Source: a virus (lineage: Duplodnaviria > Caudoviricetes). Taken from it: a stretch of DNA of 64,000 nt. Each line of letters begins with the position of its first letter. Position 1 is the first letter of the stretch. This document shows, in pieces, positions 56,492-64,000 of the stretch. The notes under the pieces were generated by a model. The model had not been told where the DNA came from. It saw only the letters and a program-made list of their open reading frames with translations, and searched no databases. Location: IMG/VR virus record IMGVR_UViG_3300011616_000001, positions 1-64,000 of that record; one strand, given 5' to 3'. A program made the translations under genes and the position numbers.

Positions 56492-59329
56492 CTATGATTC
56501 GATTGCCTGGTAAGAGTGGGCAATCCTTTTAAAAGGTATATCATATAGTTTGATTTCGCCAGAGGGGGCTTCTTCAAGATATGTTGCATGAGCCCGGGCA
56601 TTTATAATCAATTCTATTAAATCGTCATTCTTGTGACCAAACAAAACACCGAATAGAGTTTTTGAAATATCTTTATACTCAGGCATGTCTATATACCTAA
56701 CTAATGCGTACATAGTGTCGGGGTTGATTTTAATCTTTCTGATATCATGTAGTAAATCAGTCCGGTATGCTTCAGTCAAAAAATGCTTTTCAGCGGAAGA
56801 GTAGTATTCCCTGCTCCAAATGAACTGTATACCCTTAGTGGTTTCTCGACATCTCGAAACTATCATTTTTAGCTGTTTACGATTAACGGAATTAGTATTA
56901 TATCCTTCAAAGTAGAAACATTTAGACAACGGGAAAAACTCAGTTGGCTTTGATTTTGATGATTTGTATTTATTGAGTATTTTTAAAACAAAATCCATTG
57001 TTGTGTGGTGATACACATATTTTTTTCTTGCGCAATTTTTATAACCCTTGGATTGTGCAATAAATCCGAGAAAGGCTGGTTTTATCATTTTTTTGTCAAA
57101 AGTATATTCCATCCACCTTTTTTTGATTTTTCTTATTTCTTTGTCAGACGATATATCGAACTCTTTTTTTGCCTTATCTATTTCTATACACGATAAAACA
57201 TTTAGTATGCATATGTCATAATAGAGATCCTTCACATCTTCGTAGCAATCTATTAGCCTTTTATTTGATTTGTTTATGTACTCCCACATCATTGTATTTA
57301 GTTCTTGTGATAGATTTACAATTTCCCCGATCTTATTTTCACTGGTTTTATAATCGAGATCAGCCTTATTCTCATTTGTGTAATATCTTTGAGACTTTCT
57401 GGCTTTTACAAGATTAGCCGGAATCTTAAAAACATTATAGTTTCTCAGTGCAGCTGTAATCAGGATTTCATTATCAGTAACAATCATTTGATCTGAGTCA
57501 AAGTCAGCACCACTCAAACGCTCTAAAATGTTTTCTTTTATCGCATTTATACAGACTATTTCTGGTGTGAGATTAAAATATATATCAATCAGGTCGTGCT
57601 TCATATTTGTGGTGATAAGAATATTTGAGGTTGATATGTGTGGACTTCTGCAACCCAACAACTTCTTACCATAGGGGTAACGCCGTGTATGTATATTACC
57701 AGGAGGGAGAGAAGACTCTCCGCTAAATGCCCCTAGCGTATGTAGCAGCATCTCATATGGATTGCCGAATAAAACTGAGTAGTTTCCGTCAATTAATATG
57801 TGGCCCATTTTGAGATTTTTCAAATAGGATTTACAAGTTTCTTTTTTGAAGTCATAGAAGTACTTAGTGTTTGCGAAATCGGAAGAGATATTTAACATCT
57901 TATACACAATTTCATTCTTGTTTGTCAGGACATTATCGATTTCTGCTTCGTTATCTTGTATTTCACACTTGATATGATATTTTAGAACATCGGTGTCGGT
58001 GTTTAGGTAGTTGACATACTCCAGTGATGGGTTTAGTAATTTTTTGATCTCTGTTTCTGATAACTGCAATGTATTTAATAATTGGTAATGGGCCTGAACC
58101 ATTCTCCCATCAAAGTAATGTGTTTTTTTATCGTGTTTTACAACACTAAAGGTCGAATCAATATTTGTTAACCAATCTGTAAGTGATCCAAACTTGATGT
58201 ATTTAATGCTATTAGGAGTTGTAACCAGTTTTATATCTTCTATCCTTGAAGCAAAAGTGATTGACTCTGGGTGAAGTTGAGAGATGTTTGTAATATTATT
58301 ATCTCGAAACCATTGTTGTAAGTTTGTATTAAAGCAACATGATTTGAAAAACCTGTTTCTCAGAAGCATCATACCATAGCAAGAGTATTTGCCCATGATA
58401 CTCATATCAATTAAAGACTGACCATCAAAGATTGAATTTGATATGTTAGCAACACCTTCTCGGACGCATATGTCATTTTTATCATCCATTTCGACAATAA
58501 TAGACTCTTCCTGAACATTACTGTCATAATCAGGTATAATCAGAATGTTTCTAGGATCGATATCTATGATATCAATGGCACTGCTCGTTGGCAGTGAGAT
58601 ATAGGATTCAAGGGCGGCTAGGTCTATACTTTGCCCATCTTGAATATCCAAACCACACATTTCCCAAGCATGAAGTGGGGGATATAGTCTCTCATCAATG
58701 AAAAGACATTTTCCTACTCTGGCAGAACCAGAAGATCTTTTAAAGCGAACATAATGTTTGCCATTACAATTAAAGCCATTTTCATATAAATATTCTCTCA
58801 GTTCTTTTTTGGTCAGTTCTACATGGATATTTTTTGCGACATAATTCCATGTCCCGTTTTCGTTTTCCTCAAATGAAAAGCCTCGTGGTAAATCAAAACT
58901 TGTTTCCTGGTGTGTGGGGACATTTGTAATTACACCAACAATAATGCCGTCGATAGTGGCGATATTATCCTTGAATATAAGTTCATCCAAAAAATACCCA
59001 CTCATAACAAAAGTATTCTTCTTTAACTTATTAAAGGCCTTGCTGCTATACTCAAAGGTCACATTGATTATCTTGTCACTGTAATCTTTTCCGTTGTGCT
59101 GAAATGTAAGCGGTTCTTTTTTGGGGAGTATCTCTCTTGCTACTTCAGTGAGCTTCATTTTATCCAAACTGAAGTCGAATGAATTACGAAATCTGTTGTA
59201 ATTAATATCTCCATTTTTTGTTATTAAACGATATCCTGTTTGATTCTGTTCAGCGTTGTGTGATGTATTTGCTAAATATAAATCTTTAGCATCTATACTT
59301 GGAATGTAAATGCATTTTCTTGAGTTTAT
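56492..59329 (-). CDS. yonO: YonO-like single-subunit RNA polymerase (945 aa, ATA start)
   Basis: RSSGSARVGKCLF, RSPH, catalytic GADFDSD; frame extends 54 codons above the tracked start to ATA after AGGAGG. Confidence 0.82.
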   Translation of the reverse strand: MNSRKCIYIPSIDAKDLYLANTSHNAEQNQTGYRLITKNGDINYNRFRNSFDFSLDKMKLTEVAREILPKKEPLTFQHNGKDYSDKIINVTFEYSSKAFNKLKKNTFVMSGYFLDELIFKDNIATIDGIIVGVITNVPTHQETSFDLPRGFSFEENENGTWNYVAKNIHVELTKKELREYLYENGFNCNGKHYVRFKRSSGSARVGKCLFIDERLYPPLHAWEMCGLDIQDGQSIDLAALESYISLPTSSAIDIIDIDPRNILIIPDYDSNVQEESIIVEMDDKNDICVREGVANISNSIFDGQSLIDMSIMGKYSCYGMMLLRNRFFKSCCFNTNLQQWFRDNNITNISQLHPESITFASRIEDIKLVTTPNSIKYIKFGSLTDWLTNIDSTFSVVKHDKKTHYFDGRMVQAHYQLLNTLQLSETEIKKLLNPSLEYVNYLNTDTDVLKYHIKCEIQDNEAEIDNVLTNKNEIVYKMLNISSDFANTKYFYDFKKETCKSYLKNLKMGHILIDGNYSVLFGNPYEMLLHTLGAFSGESSLPPGNIHTRRYPYGKKLLGCRSPHISTSNILITTNMKHDLIDIYFNLTPEIVCINAIKENILERLSGADFDSDQMIVTDNEILITAALRNYNVFKIPANLVKARKSQRYYTNENKADLDYKTSENKIGEIVNLSQELNTMMWEYINKSNKRLIDCYEDVKDLYYDICILNVLSCIEIDKAKKEFDISSDKEIRKIKKRWMEYTFDKKMIKPAFLGFIAQSKGYKNCARKKYVYHHTTMDFVLKILNKYKSSKSKPTEFFPLSKCFYFEGYNTNSVNRKQLKMIVSRCRETTKGIQFIWSREYYSSAEKHFLTEAYRTDLLHDIRKIKINPDTMYALVRYIDMPEYKDISKTLFGVLFGHKNDDLIELIINARAHATYLEEAPSGEIKLYDIPFKRIAHSYQAIES

Positions 59330-59341
59330 GTTTCTGTCCTC

Positions 59342-61153
59342 CTATTCGATTATCCTGATGTTATTGCCCACCCCACTTGCAAGTCGCTTCATGGATGTAA
59401 AAAATCGGCTTCGTATATATTGACTTATTTCATTAAAGGTTGAGAGTTCTGAAAAATTTAGATATACCAAATCATAAGACTCTCCGGAGAAGATGAGCTC
59501 AAAAACACCAAATCTTGATGTCTTTTGTAATGTCCACAACCCATTAGCACAGTTGTTTATTTGCTCTTGCATTTTTATGATGAAATTTTGATATTTTTGA
59601 TATAAGTTAATTAATCGAGAAAAATACTCATACAGTTGAGTGCCAATTAGATTAAAATCATTTTTGGTGTAATTAAAACACCCAACCTCATGATTTTCAA
59701 AGAGTAACCAAACACTCCTAAAGTCCGAAGATACTTTCAGATCCAAATACTCGTCAATACACAGGCCCCTTATTTGTTTCAAAGCTTCTTGATAGGCAGA
59801 ATTATTCTTCAGCGCATGCTTAATCAGTAGGGCATCCCTTTTTCTGAGAGCTGTTTTTTTATTCTCTTCGTACAATAGGTGGATCTGTTTGTCTGTTATC
59901 TGATCAGAATAGAGATATGATACACCTATGCATTCTTTTATGTACTGATTATTAATATATTCATGAAATACAATTTTAAAATATAAGTCGGACAATGGCT
60001 TTTTTTCCGAAGAGCGGTGACTAATGGGGGTCAGGGACATTACGTATTCTTTTTCACATAGAGAATCCAATTCATAAAATTTATCTTGACTTCGTTGATA
60101 AGACTCAATCAATTCCTTTAATCCATCTTCGATCATGCTTTTAGATGTGAGGTTGAGAATCCCCGTAGGACACTTTAATCTTACATCCTGTTCGTCAAAA
60201 CAGGTGAAGTCCTTATATTTTATTTTGTATCTACAGTGAACAATGTGGATTTGGGGAGAAATATGACTATATGTAATTTCCAACGTAGGGATATCTCTTT
60301 TGTATTCCGTTGTCAGATTATTAAGCATCTCATAAAAGGATTTATTTAGTTCTTCTTTTAGCTCAGGATATAAGTCTTGGCAACTCATTTTTTTAATGAC
60401 ATATTGAGCAACCCATAGTTGGTCATCATAAACTAATTTTTTATAATGCAGAAGAACATGTTCTTTGCTGATTTCCCCTAGCTTATATGAGCATAGGATC
60501 TCCCAAAATAGGTCAAGACTTCTCCAACGTTGCTTATAGTTGGCTTTGTCTTGCTCTTTCAAATATTCTTTTCTTTTAGAAACGTATGATTTTATATGAC
60601 AGACTCCACCAGAATAAATTACCGAAAAGGTAGGAATCTTTTCTGTTACTTTCTTGTTGATTACATCTCGGATATCTATCTCTACAACGTCCACACCCAG
60701 TTCATCCCATTTGGGGATGTATTTCACATCCTTTTTGCTCTTATTCTTTATCTCAACAAAAAATATCTTACCTTCTTGAGTTTCAATGGTGATATCCGGA
60801 CAGTAAAGTCCGAAGGTGGTAGTGTAAGAATTTTCGACTTCAATGTTCTTGGTGGTATAACATGCGTCAGAAACACAAAATACAAAATCTGGTTCAAAAA
60901 GCCAGTTCTTGCAGATGAAGTGGACGTATTCTTCTTCCCGACAGCCACCGTTATCATGGTAGAAGTGGGCTTGCATCTTATATTTCTTATTATTTGCAAT
61001 AGCTCTGGGGAGCACCTTGCCTCGGCAGCACGGACAATAATATGTAGTGTCTGGAGTCGCCTCGGTTATGTGAATATATTTAGCATCTTTATCTGGTGAC
61101 TCTAAAGCCACAATCAGCTGTGGTAGATGTTCATTTTCGTTTCTGTTTATTAT
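59342..61153 (-). CDS. CoiA-like zinc-ribbon plus PD-(D/E)XK nuclease-domain protein (ATA start)
   Basis: YYCPCC, HFYH, PDI...FVEIK. Confidence 0.65.
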   Translation of the reverse strand: MINRNENEHLPQLIVALESPDKDAKYIHITEATPDTTYYCPCCRGKVLPRAIANNKKYKMQAHFYHDNGGCREEEYVHFICKNWLFEPDFVFCVSDACYTTKNIEVENSYTTTFGLYCPDITIETQEGKIFFVEIKNKSKKDVKYIPKWDELGVDVVEIDIRDVINKKVTEKIPTFSVIYSGGVCHIKSYVSKRKEYLKEQDKANYKQRWRSLDLFWEILCSYKLGEISKEHVLLHYKKLVYDDQLWVAQYVIKKMSCQDLYPELKEELNKSFYEMLNNLTTEYKRDIPTLEITYSHISPQIHIVHCRYKIKYKDFTCFDEQDVRLKCPTGILNLTSKSMIEDGLKELIESYQRSQDKFYELDSLCEKEYVMSLTPISHRSSEKKPLSDLYFKIVFHEYINNQYIKECIGVSYLYSDQITDKQIHLLYEENKKTALRKRDALLIKHALKNNSAYQEALKQIRGLCIDEYLDLKVSSDFRSVWLLFENHEVGCFNYTKNDFNLIGTQLYEYFSRLINLYQKYQNFIIKMQEQINNCANGLWTLQKTSRFGVFELIFSGESYDLVYLNFSELSTFNEISQYIRSRFFTSMKRLASGVGNNIRIIE

Positions 61154-61170
61154 GGTATTATCCTCCCGTC

Positions 61171-61614
61171 TTAAATTCCGTTACTTTCCCAGAAAGCCTC
61201 TTCTGATGAATATCCTCCACCATGTACAACCGTTTCAAGGAATACTTGATGATCCTTGGAGGCTTCAGATTGTTCATGTTCTTCTTCGAAAAACGAGTTA
61301 CCCCGGTCGAAGCATCTGAACATGTGCTCATACCGCTCAATGTATTTGTCAAGACCACCATTTTCGTATATATGTGTAACCCGCCGAGCAATGGTATTTT
61401 TGATTTGTTTTGGATCAGATGTAATTTCCACCATTTGAATCTCATCTATGATATGGATCGACTTCTCGTTGATAAAGAAAGTTACGACGTAATTATTTGG
61501 AGCATTAAATCGATCTGGCTGATGATACGCAGCTGTTACGATGTATCCGTTGGGTAGAGGGATTGATATTTGGTTGCAGAAGTTGCCATAGTGTAAAGTT
61601 TCGATTTTTGTCAT
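61171..61614 (-). CDS. Hypothetical protein
   Basis: AAAGGA SD; 147 aa. Confidence 0.6.
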   Translation of the reverse strand: MTKIETLHYGNFCNQISIPLPNGYIVTAAYHQPDRFNAPNNYVVTFFINEKSIHIIDEIQMVEITSDPKQIKNTIARRVTHIYENGGLDKYIERYEHMFRCFDRGNSFFEEEHEQSEASKDHQVFLETVVHGGGYSSEEAFWESNGI

Positions 61615-61779
61615 ATTAGTGTTCCTTTCTGTTTTGAGGTTAATTTGTTAAACTGTAAATAGTGTTATGAAAAGTGGGGCGAATTTCGACTCTATATTCT
61701 GGGCGGTAAAATCCTCAATGAATATCATTGGATAGTAATTTAGGGTGATTTTCATTAATCTATTATTGTAAATCGAGGG

Positions 61780-62091
61780 TTAAACTTTCTTCTTTCTTCC
61801 AGCAGCAAAAGCGGCTAAGACTTTTTGTTTATGCTCCTCGCTCATCTGTCTTTTGGGCTTATTGGGATCAATCAATGAACCAGGATTGTTCTTGATCCAC
61901 TTTTTAGGAATCTTGGCACAAACAGATCCGTCCAAATTCACACGGAAGTATTTGAACTCATCCTTGCGCTGCTCGTAGAGCTTCTTAATTCTGGCGATCC
62001 ATTTTCTTTCGGTATATGTAACTACGGCATAATGTTCTCCGGATAACCATTCGATGCAGTTCTCATTGTTCTTATCAAAATTCTTTTCCAT
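61780..62091 (-). CDS. Conserved hypothetical phage protein
   Basis: AAGGAG SD; ENCIEW...N.DGSVCAKIP. Confidence 0.7.
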   Translation of the reverse strand: MEKNFDKNNENCIEWLSGEHYAVVTYTERKWIARIKKLYEQRKDEFKYFRVNLDGSVCAKIPKKWIKNNPGSLIDPNKPKRQMSEEHKQKVLAAFAAGRKKKV

Positions 62092-62103
62092 ATATTCTCC
62101 TTT

Positions 62104-62385
62104 TTATTGGTTAGGTGTAGTGCTATTTTGCAGTGTAAACGTTTTTCTAACGCTAGCAGTTGCGGTTGTTCCATATCTGGGGGTATACCGGAGCAGACAG
62201 TAGAGTATTTGTTCGTCAGTTGGGTAAGCAAAATATGGTTCCTTTCCTAGCAGTTCATTATCTTCATTTGCCACGACAACGGTGAAAGTTGCCTTCAGGC
62301 CATGGTTGTCGTCAATCGCTGTGTAAGAATCGTCAATGTTATCGTAACCCTCGATGATTTCTCCGTATTTGTTCATATATTTCAT
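62104..62385 (-). CDS. Hypothetical protein
   Basis: AAGGAG SD; 93 aa. Confidence 0.6.
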   Translation of the reverse strand: MKYMNKYGEIIEGYDNIDDSYTAIDDNHGLKATFTVVVANEDNELLGKEPYFAYPTDEQILYCLLRYTPRYGTTATASVRKTFTLQNSTTPNQ

Positions 62386-62397
62386 GATAGTTCTCCT

Positions 62398-62952
62398 TTA
62401 ATTTGATTGGTTGTTGCTTAGTAGTTCACAGGTCATTAGTTCAGGGATAGACTCTAAAGTGTTGTGTAGTATGTAGTAATTTTCGCGTTTCAAGAATGAC
62501 TCAATAAGGCCTCGGTACGTCGACACGAAACTATTGACTTTTGAGTAATTCAGTTGTCTGATGGGAACATTGGCGATCTTATCAACGGATGGAAATCCGG
62601 TATCCTGGAGCCATGCGGAGAATTCACCGGCAGCAGGTGTGTGACTATGATTTAATATGTAATTGGTGCACTGGTCTTTGTAATATGAGATGAAGTCGTC
62701 TAAGAGTGGTTTGGCTTCATGTCTTATTTTGGAATCCCTGATCCGGCAGTTGGTAGCACATTGTTTATCAAATTTATTGGTTATTGATATTCTTCTGATA
62801 TATTCTCCATTAGAGGTGCTGCCATTAAAATCATTAGCTGTGATTTCACCAGCGAAGGTTCTATGTAATTCGTTTCTGGTTGGCGGTGTTTTTGGTGAGG
62901 TGCGTGAGAGAGTGGCAGTGGTGTTTGAGTTATGATTTGGCTTCTGGTTCAA
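62398..62952 (-). CDS. Hypothetical protein
   Basis: AGGAGG SD; TTG start. Confidence 0.6.
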   Translation of the reverse strand: MNQKPNHNSNTTATLSRTSPKTPPTRNELHRTFAGEITANDFNGSTSNGEYIRRISITNKFDKQCATNCRIRDSKIRHEAKPLLDDFISYYKDQCTNYILNHSHTPAAGEFSAWLQDTGFPSVDKIANVPIRQLNYSKVNSFVSTYRGLIESFLKRENYYILHNTLESIPELMTCELLSNNQSN

Positions 62953-62970
62953 TAGGTAAATCCTCCTGTT

Positions 62971-63822
62971 TTATGATTGATAAAATTTTTTAGCAGCATA
63001 TCCATCGGATCGCAAAAAGGCAATTCCGTTTTCAAGTTCTTTCTTATAATCGTAAGACGAACCATCCAGAACGATCAGTTCATCGTTTGCTGTCTGTATT
63101 TTATAAGGGCAGACGAATATAACATCGTTGGTTCTCCACTCATTAGATACAGTTTTATAGTTGGGCAATCTATGAGAGATTAACAGGCCCAGATCTGCCA
63201 ATATATCAACTGCTTTGGAGATCATTCTGGGGGCAACCCCGATAAATGTCCCCATGAGAGTATATTGTGAATAAAATATTTCGGGCTTCTCCTTCATTGA
63301 TGTTGGTGAGTGCCCAGAGATATCTGATTGTCTAATCCATGTGTAGGCTCGTATGTAGGATAGGACTAATAGTACAATGCTCTTGGTTAATGGCCGGTAA
63401 GAGATGTGGCAATCCATTATTCTTTGAATCTCAAAATCATATAGGATACCAAAATTTCCATCAGGTCGAAACATCTCAGTATTCAATCGGGAAATCTCAT
63501 GGTTATCTCGTTGGAACCTCTTCTCGTTGAAGTCTAATATGTATCCACTCTCATGAAACCAGCCCATACATTGAGCAATGGCTGTGAATGTATTGGGTTT
63601 TCCTTTGTTCTTATGTTTATCCCAAGTAGCAGAATATCCGCACCATCGTAATATCTGGATAGGAGAGTGATGCACTGTACCGTCCCTGGTTTCATTCATA
63701 TAGAGATACAGGTAAACAGATAATCTCTTATCTGAAATTTCGTTTGCGCTCACTACCTCTTTGGGAATCTTGATAAAGTAGCGTGGGCTGATAGTATCAA
63801 TGTTACTTATAATGCTGCTGAT
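62971..63822 (-). CDS. Hypothetical protein with HTH-like segments (probable ATC/ATT start)
   Basis: Frame extends 23 codons above the tracked GTG (FIKIPKEVV) to an AAGGAG SD. Confidence 0.6.
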   Translation of the reverse strand: MSSIISNIDTISPRYFIKIPKEVVSANEISDKRLSVYLYLYMNETRDGTVHHSPIQILRWCGYSATWDKHKNKGKPNTFTAIAQCMGWFHESGYILDFNEKRFQRDNHEISRLNTEMFRPDGNFGILYDFEIQRIMDCHISYRPLTKSIVLLVLSYIRAYTWIRQSDISGHSPTSMKEKPEIFYSQYTLMGTFIGVAPRMISKAVDILADLGLLISHRLPNYKTVSNEWRTNDVIFVCPYKIQTANDELIVLDGSSYDYKKELENGIAFLRSDGYAAKKFYQS

Positions 63823-64000
63823 AATAAACTCCTTTCCGCCTGTAAGATGATAATTGCGAGGCCTATTTTAAAATAGCTGAAATTATATATCCACCTCCCA
63901 CGGGTGGATATAATTCGAAATATTGGCAAAGTATCCACCAAAAAACACCCTGTTTTTGACAGTCCTTTTAAGAAGTAGACTGTATTATTTAATATAAGAC

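Larger units (their letters stand above)
21677..64000 (-). mobile_element. Prophage B, large SPbeta-like siphovirus (partial)
   Basis: YonO-like RNAP, phosphoesterase, HU, recombinase, terminase, portal, capsid, tail tube and giant TMP in SPbeta-like order. Confidence 0.88.

Noticed and set aside
49876-59329. Inteins or introns in terminase B or the RNA polymerase
   Set aside because: Frames are continuous and of ordinary length, with no C/S...HN intein ends or LAGLIDADG blocks seen.
63881-63915. TATATCCACC/GGTGGATATA palindrome as an operator or att site
   Set aside because: Single occurrence near the window edge; equally explained as a terminator or leader hairpin.

Overview
The window holds two different temperate-phage genomes that meet tail-to-tail at about 21,670. 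The SD motifs, gene families and an agr-like two-component pair suggest a Clostridia/Lachnospiraceae-like host (inference). Prophage A (+ strand, 1-21,663) is an HK97-type siphovirus. It has a cassette-like early region with two DNA methyltransferases, two tyrosine recombinases, a late activator, HNH/TerS/TerL/portal/ClpP/capsid, and a tail module ending in a fibre gene; no lysis genes follow. Prophage B (mostly - strand, 21,677-64,000) is a large SPbeta-like phage with a YonO-like RNA polymerase, HU, terminase, portal, capsid, tail tube and tape measure protein (TMP); no baseplate genes follow. The main result is that B's TMP gene is split into three exons (predicted spliced product 2,772 aa) by two group I introns. 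Intron 1 (1,792 nt) is conventional and carries a zinc-finger/Vsr-like homing endonuclease. Intron 2 (3,660 nt) has no endonuclease. It carries an HD-domain dNTPase-like gene, a small partner ORF, an antisense gene and an internal terminator. Its guide sequence has a perfect 18-nt complement to the start of exon 3 located 3.6 kb away, which predicts an in-frame splice (...KNFA|QIKNL...) by long-range cis- or trans-splicing. Other notable items: a shufflon-like triad of 13-17 bp repeats at the fibre junction; a LytTR/GHKL pair flanking the TMP with ~21-bp-period repeats upstream of it; systematic ATA/ATT start codons in B; a -1 frameshift adding a HeH/SAP-like domain to A's capsid; an apparently circularly permuted tail tube protein; and a nested-frame two-subunit C5 methyltransferase. 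All RNA structures and family assignments were made by eye and need computational or experimental confirmation.
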